NCBI GenBank assembly: GCA_964016885.1
Contig: OZ024740.1
Span: forward strand, 130,448,001-130,512,000
Length of the DNA stretch: 64,000 nt
DNA from: Eledone cirrhosa
Taxonomy: Eukaryota
Direction: 5' to 3'
The notes under the pieces were generated by a model. The model ran no database searches and was not told where the DNA came from. It worked only from the letters and a program-made list of their open reading frames with translations. Of this stretch, positions 41,220 to 61,165 are shown one piece after another (the stretch's first letter is position 1; each line of letters starts with the position of its first letter). The position numbers and the translations under genes are program-made.

Positions 41220-41692
41220 ACATATTTGTCAAACGAAGAGCGTCTAGCTATGTATCTCCCCAAGGACTCGACACCACCAACACATCAACCGCACCACCAC
41301 AAACGCCACTACCATATACAACAACACCACAACCACACCCCTCACACGCCAACCCGTCTACCGACAACCCACTAACCTCACACCACAACCCATCCCAGTA
41401 AGCGACCATAACCACCATCTTATCATCACATCCACTCTCACATACACTACAGGCCAAGGCCAAACCACCACCACCACACCACAACCAATCACATCCAGCG
41501 ACCGTCACCAACATCTCACCATCATATCCATCCTTACATACACTACAGGCCAGTACATCCCTTTGATCCTTCACACCAATCAAAACAACTTATTCTGTCA
41601 AACCCTTGACATTCTGACTTTACCACATTGCATGTATTTCATTTTCTTATAGCATGTTAAAAGGGTCTCGAGCTGCCGATTATTGAGACGGG

Positions 41693-41748
41693 TAGGTTCG
41701 ATACAGATCTAACGTTGAGCTAATCAGTGTCGAAACGCGCGTCACCTA
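41693..41748 (+). ncRNA. Degenerate hammerhead (CUGANGA box lost) near the 3' end of a CAC-rich pLTR-like element (~39.9-41.9 kb)
   Basis: TAGGT-tc-GATACaGAT..ATCaGTGTC-GAAA-CGCGCG-TC-ACCTA followed by AATAAA. Confidence 0.55.
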
Positions 41749-41900
41749 TCAATAAATGCTATGAAGGAGTAATCAAACGTCCTTGTTATCCTTTCAATAT
41801 ATTACACTCTTTATAGCTCTACACCTCATCACAGAAGTGAACTTAAACATCAAGTGCTCTCCCGGGTGAACCTGCAGTAACTGCTAGTTACACCCCCTCG

Positions 41901-41936
<36 letters not shown>

Positions 41937-41940
41937 ATAT

Positions 41941-42350
41941 AAGTCATTCCGAGTTGAATCGAAGGTAACCACAGTAACTAGGGTACTCAATACATAGCAG
42001 AGTAAAAAGGTTTTAATATAGAAGAGATTAAACAGGACTATAACTGTTTCATTCGTGAGAAATCATCAGGGAGCTGGCTGTCCAAGTAAGTAGTGGTATT
42101 TATATATTTTCTTTTCTGGTGGTAGGAGAGGGTGGGGCTTGGCATGGGTGCAGGTCATTGTTTGAAGGATTCAAAGAAAAGGGAGTTCATTAAAAGCTAA
42201 TTCTTTAAAGCTGTAGTAATAACAAAGGCAGAAATAATACTGTAAACAAAATAAAATTAGGAATACCAATCCTAGTTTATCACTTAGAAAGGTGTCTACA
42301 GGATGGGTGGCGTTCAATGGGTTACAGAAAAGGGAAATTCTTTAGAAGCT
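41941..42350 (-). mobile_element. pLTR-like repeat with HHR-like core (42036-42076); inverted partner of 46765-47110
   Basis: Reverse complement contains ctgatgatttctcacgaatgaaacagtt; ~340-bp alignment to 46765-47110. Confidence 0.8.
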
Positions 42351-42552
42351 AATTCTTTAAGGCTGGAATAAGGGTGAGAAAGGAAGAGACGGTTCCTTCA
42401 ACTAATTTAAGTGTTGGGGTAATTACTCTTATTGTGAAGTTTCTCTTAATATATATTCCAGGTGTCGACATGCACAGTCACCCACGCGCGCCCTTACACA
42501 CGTACACACACTGACACGTACGCACACACACAACAGACATTCATTATTTTAC

Positions 42553-42660
42553 CCCGCCGAGGTTGACTTTGCCTTTCATCCTTACGGGGTCGATAAAATA
42601 AAGTACCAGTAATGCACTGGGTAATTGCTGGCCTTGTGCCTAAAGTAGAAACAATTATTT
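42553..42660 (+). mobile_element. SINE 3' half
   Basis: cccgccgaggttgactttgcctttcatcc..ggggtcgataaaataaagtaccag..agtagaaacaattatt. Confidence 0.85.
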
Positions 42661-42687
42661 TACATACACACTTACATACAAATAAAT

Positions 42688-43121
42688 ATTTAAAACAATA
42701 GCTTTGGTCTTCAAAATGCTTTTATCTAAGCATACAGTGTATTGCCAAATACACTATATATACATTCATATATATATCGCTATTTCAGAGTACCAATTCT
42801 AATTTTTAATTCCTGCTGGACCGGCGACCGTTCTGTATAATCAGTGCCTAATTATTACTGGAATTCTATAAGAATCCAGCACACATAATTTTCAGCAAAC
42901 AGGAGGAATAGTGAGCTTTGATAAGTACCAACATGTCCGAAACAAAGCTGTGTCAGTTTATCTCCCCTGTTTGCTGACAATTTAAATAAATGACGTTGTC
43001 ACTATTTTAAAACAATAGCATATGGTCTTGAAAATGCTTTTAATTAAGCATACAATGTATTGCAAAATACACTATATATACATTCATATATATCTTGCTA
43101 TTTCAGAGCACCAATTCTAAT
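42688..43121 (+). mobile_element. ~317-bp monomer with ~115-bp terminal redundancy, carrying a degenerate HHR inside a long stem (42892-42977)
   Basis: taaaacaatagc..ccaattctaa at 42691 and 43008; TCAGCAAACAGG/CCTGTTTGCTGA encloses gagct-tTGATaA-gtac..gtcc-GAAA-caaagctgtg-TC-agttt. Confidence 0.7.
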
Positions 43122-43286
43122 ATATATATATATACACACACACATATACATATACATATATATATTCGCGGAATAGTGGAATATGATTCCAGAATTTAAA
43201 TGTATTTAGCTATATTATGAGTTATAATATTATATGAAATAATCAATTAGATTATATGAAGAATTATGGTTGTAAGTAGATTTTAT

Positions 43287-45654
43287 CTTATTACATTACA
43301 ATAGGTTGTAAGTATATACATATCTATATAGATTAATAATTGTGCATCTATAATTATTATAGAAATGTAAATATTTCACAATTATTAGTTGTTTATATTT
43401 CTAATATGAGTTACGAAGAATGTTGATTTTGCATTTTAAATAAAAAAACACGTGGTTCAAGTTGTTAGAGAACAATTTGTAGATTCAGATATATTATTCC
43501 AACATTGAATAGTCTATATCATTGTCTTTTAAGTTTCAAATTAAATGTGAAAGTGAAGTGGAATATTTTTTTATCGGCTCTATTAAATATGTTTATGGTT
43601 ATACCAGCGTTCTTAGAATGTTGTAGAAATGGCACCAATAGAGTTAAATACTTTGTCTCTAGTTTTCTCTGCATTTATAACTTACGTTTTTGTCTAAGCA
43701 ATTATTTTGTAAAGGGCAGTTTGATTTAATTCTACAGTTACATTTTCTGGAGTTGTTGTTCGGAACGGTACTATTGTAGTTAGAAATATTATTATTGCTA
43801 TCTTGGTTATTTGGTTAGGGTTTACATTTAAGTTTCTATTATTAATTATATTTATATTTTGTGTTATGTTCATACTAGTAGTCTACATAGTGTGTCTGTT
43901 AAAAATAGAGTGGTATCTGTGGGCTTTAGGAAAACATTCATCTAGTGCTTTAAAAAATAGCTTTGCTAAAGGTGTTTTAACGCTTAATGAGAATGGGGGA
44001 CTGTACCATATAATATTTCTAGTTCTAGTTTTTTTGTTTGGTTTAGTGTTTAAGTTAAATTGTTTATTATTATTATTATTAATTCTAGGATGATTTGTCA
44101 TGTTATTGTTATCTATGTATTTAATTGTATTCCAGTAAATTGTATTCTATGTAAAGCTTCATTGTAATATTCTGCCTTATAATCAAAAATATTTTTATTA
44201 CCAACAGGGATGCGTGAAATTCGTTGTTGGACGCTATTGAAAATAGTGTTTTTAATATTTCTAGGATGATTAGAATTGAAATTTACATAGTTTAGATTTT
44301 CATTAATTTTATGGAATGGATAGTAAAGACCTGTGTTAAGGTTTAAGGTTACATCTAAGAAGTTAACGATTTTGTAATTATTCTCGATTTCAAAATTAAG
44401 TTTGTAGTTTTTTGAAAAATTGTATTATAGATTTCCTTTTCCTATTAATTTGACTATTGCTATGGTTTTCAATTAAAAGTAACATATCGTCGCGATATAA
44501 ACCGCCGGTTATCTCTGGTATGTTCCTATGCATTACATTATTAATAAATAATCCAACAAGGGCCGTTACTTGCGCTGAGTCTGATGAACCCAATGTGATA
44601 CCAAAATTGTTTTTTTCTGTCGACCGTTGTCCAGAGATGATTATTAAATTTAAAAGACAACAATATGGACTAATCAATATCTTGGGGAACGATTTCGAAA
44701 GTACCTGCATACAGAAATATGGCTTTCTCAAGAATCTGTAACTTGTGTATCGAAGAAATGTTTTATATAATTAACTCTCAAAACTCTATTAATCCTTAAA
44801 CAGAATTATTTTCTACTTGCGGACATCGCCCAAATTCCGCTTTCAGAAGTATTTTTAATATATGTTATTCATTACACTTGAATATATCTGATACACCTTC
44901 AAAATGATCCTATTTTCATTAAACATTTAAATTTAAATTTTTTAAATTATCCTCTTTCTTAATTTCTTTTTATATTTCTACTGTTTCTAAAATTTGACAT
45001 TAATTTCTTAATTTTTTAATATATGTTTTTACTATTTTTACCTTTTGACATTATTTTCCTAATAATGCCCCTCTAAATATATTATTTTTAGATGTAGATT
45101 GATAATCTTTAATTGACATTCTGAAAGTTTATCCTCTTTACGATGGTTCTTTAGAAATGTACATTACTTGTTTTCCTCTTCGTTGGAGATTCAAACTTTC
45201 ACACATCTTTCGACTAAAATAATATGTAATTGAAATTAATCTCACACAAACTAATATATAATATTCTCTATATATTTTCTGAGTAAATCATTCATCAAAT
45301 GTTACGGTTAACAAACATGATTGGAGTTATCTTTCCCTTTTCAATTGTGCAAACATAAATATTATATTATAATATAATGTGCATGATAAACTATAAAATT
45401 ACGCTAAATTAACAATATTCTGAAAACATTTTCAATGCTGGAACAAAATATTTGAATCTACAAATTGTTCTCCTCTTACAACTTGAACCATATGTTTTTT
45501 TAAGTAAAATGCAATCAAGATTATTCGTAAATCATATTAGAAAATAAACAACTAATAATTGTAAATTATTTCTATTTCTATAATACTTATACATGCACAA
45601 TTATTAATCTATATAGATATTTATATACTTACAACCTATTGTAATGTAATAAGA
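43287..45654 (-). mobile_element. Decayed Naiad-like Penelope retroelement (RT plus GIY-YIG region) with an inverted copy of its 3' segment at the 5' side
   Basis: FGITLGSSDSAQVTALVGL..GLYRDD; RNIIWYSPPFS..FPKAHRYHSIFNR; CNCRIKSNCPLQNNCL; 43287-43510 mirrors 45430-45654. Confidence 0.85.
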
Positions 45655-46029
45655 ATTTGTTAATTCCTTTTAAATTTACGTAAATACAATCTATTCTTTC
45701 TTTCTTTCTACTTCCTACTTATAAATACATATATCCTAATCATTTAAATTCTGCATAGCGTCTAAAATAACGTTTTTTCCAGCCCTATACCTCAACCTCA
45801 TTTGCATACTCATCTTAATAATTTGAAATATCTAAAGTTTCTTCAGTTTTCCCTTCACTATCCAAGAAAATACTTGAAGCGTTAAGCGTTTCTTGGCTAA
45901 GTCAAAATTTATGAATCAAACTTAGAATTTTATCTTATGAAAGTGTACCAAAGTGTTCGTACCCTTGAAATATATATAATAGAATAAATATGCTTTATGA
46001 ATATAGGTTCCATTTATTAAATATCATTG

Positions 46030-46109
46030 AATATATATATATATATATACACATGTATACACCCATACACATATATACATTTATACACACATACGCACAC
46101 ATATATAAC

Positions 46110-46160
<51 letters not shown>

Positions 46161-46218
46161 GCACATATATACGCATAGACACACATACACACACACACAC
46201 AGACACACACGTATATAC

Positions 46219-46289
<71 letters not shown>

Positions 46290-46403
46290 CATACATACAT
46301 GCACACATACATATATATATGCATACATACATATATATATACATATATATATGCATACATATATACATACAATACAAATACAAACTTACCTTCATACACA
46401 CAT

Positions 46404-46466
<63 letters not shown>

Positions 46467-46516
46467 CACACATACATTCATACACTTACACACACACACA
46501 CACACTCACACACACC

Positions 46517-46548
<32 letters not shown>

Positions 46549-46740
46549 CAAATATATATATACATACATATATACATATATATATGTATATGTATATATA
46601 CATATACACATACATATATACATATACACATACATATATATATATACACATATACATACATTTACATATATATATATACAAACGCATACATATACACACA
46701 TACATACACATATACACACATACACACATACACACATATA
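46030..46740. repeat. Compound (TA)/(CA) microsatellite field
   Basis: Directly visible. Confidence 0.97.
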
Positions 46741-46764
46741 TCCAACAAAATATAAATATTACCT

Positions 46765-47110
46765 CCTAGAAAATGTCCCTTTCTTTAAACCATTGCACCC
46801 CACCCATCCTGTAGACACCTTTCTTACAGGCATTGTTAGTCTAAGTGATAAACTAGGATTGGTATTCCTAGTTTGATTTTGTTTAAAGTATACTTTGTTA
46901 ATACTACCGCTTCAAAGATTTTAACTTTTAATGAACTCCCTTTTCTTTAAATCCTTCAACCAAAGACCTCCACCCATTCCGATTCCCACCCTCTCCTACC
47001 ATAAGAAAGAGAAAATATATAAATACCACTACTTACTTTGACAGCCAGCTCCTGATGATTTCTCACGAATGAAACAGTTGTAGTCCTGTAGAAGCTCTTA
47101 TATATCAAAA
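46765..47110 (+). mobile_element. pLTR-like repeat with HHR-like core (47046-47085); third fragment at 62985-63040
   Basis: CTGATGA-tTTC(tcac)GAAt-GAAA-CAG-TT; stem I pairing poor. Confidence 0.75.
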
Positions 47111-47111
47111 C

Positions 47112-47233
<122 letters not shown>

Positions 47234-47607
47234 AGAGAGAGAGAGGGGTGATAGAAAAAGGGTAGAATTTAAAAAAAAAAGGAAAAATTCGTGACGAATA
47301 GAAGTAAATAATTAGATAATATTCAATTGTAGGCATAGGCATTTACACATATCCATAAATATTTACGTACATATTGATATAATAATACACACAACTGAAT
47401 AATAGTGGTAATAACAAAAACAGTAATTCACAAGTTGGTGAAAATCGAAACAGTAGTAACAATTCTATTTGGAGAACATCGCGGGATTTAATTCGTATAC
47501 ATTTAAATTCGAATATTTCAGTATGAAATACATAGATGTAAACAACAAAGCAGGCAACGCAAAACAATTAAAGAATATATGGACTTAACCATTGATATAA
47601 TAGCATT

Positions 47608-47635
47608 TACGTTTCGAATAGTAAACTTTCATCAG
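47608..47635 (-). ncRNA. Degenerate HHR-like core
   Basis: CTGATGA-aagtttactattc-GAAA-CG-TA on the minus strand; stems I and II poorly paired. Confidence 0.35.
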
Positions 47636-48908
47636 CATTAAGGATGAGAAATAAAAGATGAAATAGAATGGTAATGAGTGAGAATTGAAGAAGGAACTAA
47701 CGAAACGAAAGATGCAAGTGGGTATTCAGTAAGCCAATTTGGAAGACGCATATATATACGCGAGTATAATTGTATTTACGTACTTTCGGCTTGAATATAA
47801 ACCACGTATGTGCTTGTAATTATGTGCAATCTATCTTTCTAACATCATATATTAGGAAATTACTTAGGGGAATAATATATATATTTTGCTGCACTATTAC
47901 TTTAGTAAACAGTTAAAATATGAAACTGATGCCATGTAATTAAAAGCAAATATGTTATGATAGGATTTTCACTATACAATTTCCGTTTTCAAATATTATA
48001 TTAAATTATTCGTCATAAGCTGCAGTGGATCTATGATACAATATAAATGTTAGATTCTTATAAGTAGTCCAATCATGCTACTTGTTTTTCACCAGTCAAG
48101 AGAATCATTGAAATTCATGAGAAAGAATAAACATATTTCTTTTTTGTTGTTTTCCTGGTATAAAAAAAGTATGTATTATATAACTGGTTATCATTAATGC
48201 GGAAATTTGTGTATAATTTAAAGTGTTACCAATTAGATTGTTATTGAGTATTTGTGAAAAAGTGTATATTTCGGAAGATAAGCGAAGAGTAACCTTTTAC
48301 CGAATGCATAGTATATTAACAAATGGAATGTTATATATCAATGGTGAGACATTATCGGCCTGTCTCATTTTCTCAGACAGTCTTGTGTTAATACATCAAT
48401 TATTTCAACGTAGGGTTTTGAATTATGTCGGGTAATGTTCTACTAAAATGGCTGGTCATTTTGTGTCGCGGCCGCAACCTTGATCAGTATAATTTGAAAA
48501 TGCACCATCACTGAGGAAAGAAAACAGCGGTCAGGATTTCATGATGCTAACTGGCGCATTTAAGACTGGTAATTTAACTATTTCTAGATTAATTATTATT
48601 CGTTCAAATGGCACGGCTCTGCTTACACGTGAAACTATTATATTTTCGTCTACGAAATGACTTTCAGAAGTGAAATGTCATACAATATCGAAACTGAGTA
48701 ACGAATTCTTATGGTTTCGTAGGTTTTTTATTTTTATGGGGTTCCTATTTGCTTTAAGTGTCTCTGTAATCATTTTTAACAGTACGTATATGCACATTTA
48801 CGCACGGACACTGACACATACACAAACTCATTCGTACATATGTGCGTACATATATGTATATGTATATATATATAAACGGAAAAAATGAAACGAAATTACG
48901 TATATATA

Positions 48909-48967
<59 letters not shown>

Positions 48968-49360
48968 TTATATATAGGGCGATACTTAGATACATAGACA
49001 AAGTTAGAGAGAGAAAGAAATAGATAATGAGGAACTGAGGGAGTGGGAGCAAGTGAGTTAAGTTAGTAGCGAATGTAATTGTTACGACTTGAACACCTGC
49101 TTTATGTTAATTGATCTAAGAATTACGATGACGTGGACGTCTCATAACAACATTCAAAATACATAAAAGCCTCCCAGCGTCTTTGCAATCCATTCTTCCA
49201 TCACATCATATGCACCTGAGCTTAAATGTCTATACCGAATATTTTGATATCTTAATTGAATAGCACGCGTGTTACAGTGGAATGGATGAAAGCCCCCATG
49301 TTTTATAATTTAGTCCTATTCGAAATGTGTCGCTTGAATCTGATAAAGATAAAATAAATA

Positions 49361-49557
49361 TATTAATAATTGTTTCTACTTTTGGCACAATGCCAGAAAT
49401 TAACCCAGTGTATTACCGGTACTTTATTTTATCGAACCTGTAAGGATGAAAATAAAAGTTAACCTCGGCGGGATTTGAACTCAGATCATAAAGGGAGGTA
49501 ACTCCATGCTTCAAAGCATGGTGTCCGACCCTCTACCGATACTGCCAATCCTCCGCC
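49361..49557 (-). mobile_element. Near full-length tRNA-derived SINE (Octopus-like); other fragments at ~16586, 30398, 61718-61890, 62730
   Basis: A-box-like tggcagtatcggt, B-box-like gagttcaaatccc, conserved 3' block and attatt tail. Confidence 0.85.
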
Positions 49558-49881
49558 CTGCTTATAAATATCTTAATAATATTGAAATTTAGCAAGATCA
49601 ATACACAGTTGTTCAACATTTACCTGAACACTTTTTTATAAAAAAATATTCCTATAAATGTCTATGTCGTATTTACATCGATTTCCCTGAAATTGAAATC
49701 CATTCGCTCTTGCGAATATGGCAGGGTTCTAAATATATATGTGCAACATAAATGATCATATGCGTTAAGCTTTTAAAACCAAACATGTTTCGATTTGACG
49801 ATAACTATTCTCGTGAAATAATCATTTCCTTACGAAAATATAGGTATAAAAGAGGGACCACAAGTACCTTCGATTTTTTAA

Positions 49882-55818
<5,937 letters not shown>

Positions 55819-58341
55819 ACAGATGATGTCTTTGTGATTGCAGATATAATGAGAATAAAAGTTTATTCACACGGATAGGAAAGGATCATCCATGAATAAA
55901 TATTTATGTTAAAGAAGCCAAAATATTATAAATGGATTTCCAAATAACAAAATTATATATCACAACATACATATAAGAAATAGGAGAGCGCAATGAACAA
56001 ATGAATAAATATGTACATACTATAAAAGGAACATGTTAGCTCTTTATTTAAACGACGAGACACCCCCAGAAATTCCTCTCTCAATGTGTTTTTCACCACA
56101 GTGTAACAATCAGATACAAAATAATCGTATACTTGTGACTATAAATCAACTATCTGCATATTGTAATTTTCATATATGAAGAAATGAACTTGACTAAATA
56201 ACAACGTTTTAACTGTATATGAAAATGGAAATCATCAATAATTACAAATAAAGGGAACGAAATAATCTCTATATATCTCAATACAGTTTACAACAATTTG
56301 CGAACCTATTTTGAGCCTATCATTTTACTTTTGCTTCTGTCTAAACTAATGTTACAAATAGTTGGCAGAACCCATCGGCTATATACTGACAATGTGATGC
56401 AATATAAGATAGTCAAGACACAATTATAAAACACTATTGATTCTTAATCTGATAAGAAGCATCTTCGTGGAAGCATTTCTTGCTACATCGAAAATACAAG
56501 ACATATTGATTTCACATATATACTTCTAAGGTAGAATTTAAGAGAAGACCTATACAGTATTTTGATGTCAAAAATGTAAGATACGAAATAAAATATTTAT
56601 ATGCAATTTATCCCAACATTATTGCATCAAATATGTATATACATCTGAGGAAACAGGGTATTTTAGATAAGTTTCTCTATACAAACCTGTCTCATTATAG
56701 TAAAGATATCGTGTAATTATTATATACTTCATCAGTTAAACGTTACGTTTATAATACATTCCGAGGTAAAAAAAATATTTCACGATAATGACTAAGTAAA
56801 TTTGCGTTCATATTATAAATTATTGACATTTAACATTATGGCGCATAATTCTATTAGATATTTTTATATATTTGTTGGTAATGATGATATTAATTATTCA
56901 AAAATTCTAATATCAATTAGACGTTTTCTAATTTGCATACGCAAATGAATTATAATTAGTTTAATCATTTACATATATATAATTATGTGAACACAGTATA
57001 TTTTATTAAACAAATTATTTTGTGAATTGTGATTTCATGACAATAAAAAGGTTGTAAACAGAAAATGACTAGCAGCATAATTGTGCCAGACTCGAATAAA
57101 CATTTGAACAACGTTTCTTCCACGAAGATTGCATTCTTTCAGAAATTAAACATTTAAATTGAATTTTTCAGGTACATATACCACATTTATATTGTTAGTT
57201 TCTCTTGAAAATGTACCCAATTAATATCATGTGTTGGGTATATCCGCGTTCAAAACATAAGTTTATTTCGTCATTAAACAACGCAACTATTCACCTCCCA
57301 GTTATGGATAGCTCGACATCACGCGGAAAAATATTATTTGTTATCTTAAATATCGTTGAGGCTTGCATCTATATATATGTTCTCAATACCGTTGTCGCAT
57401 TGCCTCTGCAATACACCCTGAAATTCTTTAACATAATATACCAGATGTCACTTCTAATATTTCTCAGTAGGATTAGAATATTAATTAATATTGAAATGCC
57501 CTTGTGATTTCCTCACGGCACACCTACGTTGTTTTTAAAATCATGTTTGACTGAAATCTTTTAAGAGGTTAACCCTTTTTTATGCACACTATATAACTGA
57601 ATAATTTGGTCGATAAATGGCTGCCCTCCTGGAACTATCCGAAATATGTTAATTCCTTAGGTCAACGTACTTACTTACACTCACACTTTACCTATCGTAA
57701 TTTCTACTCCGATATTAATCTTGATTGCTTTTTATTGCCTTTTATATTGACAAGTTATGATCACTAGATATAGTTGGAAAACAAAAAAGAATGTATACAA
57801 TGTTATACATAATTAAAAAATAAAAGCAACCCCAGAACAACAATACCATATATAAAACAATCATTCGAAGTGTAATTGCCCTCGATCTTATGCTTCAAAG
57901 AGCATTAAACGTGGTTCATATAATACATCTATCTAGCTGAGTATTGGAGTCATTTTTTTAATGTACATGACTATAAGAAACATGTGAACATCCTGTATTT
58001 GAATCGTTATAAATTTGTCCAGATAACAATTGAGCGAATTTGAATCAACGTTTTGTATTTCAGAGCGGAACGATTGTAGAAAAATATAGTAGTGGCGTAT
58101 CGAAAGACAAAGATAAATCTATATGATGAAAGGTCGGTAAAGCTAATCGGTGATGGAGAAGGCAAATATGAGAACATATGAACTGACAAGCAACATTCTA
58201 TATACTTGAATAAAAACAAATCTTATACAACTCCACTTCAAACAAAGATATTCCACTTTCTATGAAAAGCAATATATCAATTTGCTTATTAACATTATAA
58301 GTGATCAAATGTGTACAAACAATTATACACTGACACATTAA

Positions 58342-58933
<592 letters not shown>

Positions 58934-59051
58934 TTGCTGGGGTGAAAAAATACTAACTACAGCAATATAGTTTGTTATCCTTAACTTTAAATATTAAATT
59001 AAGAAAAATTCAGAATAATATTAGAACTATATTGGCAAAAATGCCTGGTAA

Positions 59052-59129
59052 CAACTAGACAGTGTTGGAGATTATTTCGCAACGACTTATTAAGTGAAGT
59101 TCTCACGTTTCTCTGCTCCTCAGTAGTTG
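59052..59129 (-). ncRNA. Type I hammerhead motif (stem III slightly mutated)
   Basis: CAACTA-CTGAGGA-GCA..TGC-GAAA-tAaT(ctccaac)ACTG-TC-TAGTTG. Confidence 0.75.
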
Positions 59130-59434
59130 TTAAGAAATTAGTGATCCTTTCTCTTCTAATGAGAATGAATTGTGTACGATATGAATTATCGCACGTGTCA
59201 TTCGGAACCCAGCTTGTCTCGAAATTCCCTGCCGCTAAAAATAGCACCCTGACTGACAGGACAATAAAAAATAGCTCCACATGATGGAGCCGACAAATAT
59301 ATATTAAATTAAGAACACAGGGTAGTCTCTTACAATCAAATAACTCCTAGAAAAAAGGTTTTCCGAGCCGTACAATATATTTGAATGAACAAGAGGGATA
59401 AACACTAATATAAACATACATGTGTTCGAATCGT

Positions 59435-59470
<36 letters not shown>

Positions 59471-59596
59471 CATTTTTTTTTAGTGGCACTGAATTTCGAG
59501 ACAAGCTGGGTTCCGAATGACAAGCTGGGTTCTGAATATCGTACACAATTCATTCTTTAATATTTTTAGAAGTGAAAGGATCACTAATTTCTCAAC

Positions 59597-59671
59597 AACT
59601 ACTGAGGAGCAGAAAACGTAAGAACTTCACTTAATAAGTCGTTGCGAAACAGTCTCCAACACTGTCTAGTT
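59597..59671 (+). ncRNA. Type I hammerhead motif with a full stem III
   Basis: AACTA-CTGAGGA-GCA..TGC-GAAA-CAGT(ctccaac)ACTG-TC-TAGTT; all three stems pair. Confidence 0.88.
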
Positions 59672-59741
59672 CTTACCATGCATTTTTGCCCAGTAGAGGT
59701 CTGTTATTTTTCTTTATTTTTCTAGAGAGAGAGAGAGTGAG

Positions 59742-60040
59742 AGGCCCGAATCGTTCACTAATGACCACGGTTTTGCACTTAGAAAGTTTCTTGCGAGGCC
59801 AATAGCCTGAGCAAAGGGTGTTTTGTGGAAGACAAGCCTCCCCTCTCCACGCCACCGATGTTGTCTAAGGGAAAGGCAATGACCGATAAAGCTTGGCACC
59901 AGTGACGTGCAACTCATTTCTATAGGTGAGTAAATTGGAGCAGCGTGAGATCAAGTGTTTTGCTCAAGAACACAATGCATCATCCGATCCAATGCAACAT
60001 CTCAATCGCAAAGCCAGTACTGTAACCACTAAACCATGCG
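59742..60040 (-). mobile_element. Second tRNA-derived SINE family (cephalopod-like)
   Basis: tggtttagtggtta A-box, ttgtgttcttgagcaaaacact core, gtcactggtgccaagc..ggtggcgtggagaggggaggc block. Confidence 0.75.
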
Positions 60041-60168
60041 ATGTATATACACATACATAGATATATACATACATACATACATATATATATATATGTATAC
60101 ACATACATAGATATATACATACATACATACATATATATATATATGTATACACATACATAGATATATAC

Positions 60169-60208
<40 letters not shown>

Positions 60209-60209
<1 letters not shown>

Positions 60210-61165
60210 CTAGACATAAAAAATGCGCAAGCTCAAAAGTGCCACAGAATGTTATAATAAACCTTCAAAAGTGTGGGACTAGAGTTGTTGCTAAAAAATA
60301 TTGTAATCATTATATATCGTACATTCTGTGGCATCCTTTATAAAAATAGCTTAAACCAACGAAGCCTTTATTTTTACGCTATTTCACTTAGTTAATTCTT
60401 AGAGTGTAACATATAAAAATATGATTTACAACTATAAAATAAATTAATTAATATAATAACAGAGCTGCGGAGCTGAAATTTAGGAAATAATGGAGTATCG
60501 GATCCTGAGTTGGAGCCAGTCAATTTTTGACCGACTCCGCAGCCCTGTATAATACATTTCATATTAAAGTTATTAATAAACCTATTTTACACTTCATGCA
60601 AATTACCACGAGATATTGATATTAGATATAAGATACAGCGCAATATCTACAGCTGTAAAAGTACGAAAGCGAAGTAATAATAAGTGGCTTAAGGTAATTC
60701 CAATATGAAAGTTTGTAGTGATAAAAATTTGATAATGCAATACGATTGTTAATATTATAGTTCTATGAAAATGTAACAATAGATAACTAAATTATTTTAC
60801 TATTAGTATATTTAAGAAATTATCATTATAGATTTGATCGTTCATATAAGCATCATATTAAGTTTCAACACAATTATTTTGTTACTATGAGTATATGATA
60901 ATAATATTACGTAATTATTTATAGCTGTTATTACATTAAACATAGATGTATTTATTTTTATATGTTACACTCTAAGAATTAACTAAGTGAAATAGCGTAA
61001 AAATAAAGGCTTCGTTGGTTTAAGCTATTTTTATAAAGGATGCCACAGAATGTACGATATATAATGATTACAATATTGTTTAGCAACAACTCTAGTCCCA
61101 CACTTTTGAAGGTTTATTATAACATTCTGTGGCACTTTTGAGCTTGCGCATTTTTCATGTCTAGT
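60209..61165. mobile_element. Fold-back element with ~213-bp almost perfect inverted arms, ACTAG/CTAGT termini
   Basis: 60209-60421 mirrors 60953-61165 with ~2 mismatches; nested tgccacagaatgt/acattctgtggca in each arm. Confidence 0.92.
60460..60547. mobile_element. 88-bp hAT-type MITE
   Basis: TIRs cagagctgcggag/ctccgcagccctg; 8-bp TSD tataataa/tataatac. Confidence 0.8.

Larger units (their letters stand above)
59034..59690. mobile_element. Fold-back element with ~210-bp inverted arms (59034-59241, 59476-59690), each with an HHR
   Basis: ggcaaaaatgc..aactagacagtgttggaga mirrors tctccaacactgtctagtt..gcatttttgcc. Confidence 0.9.

Noticed and set aside
49361-49557. tRNA gene
   Set aside because: A/B boxes belong to a SINE head; no cloverleaf
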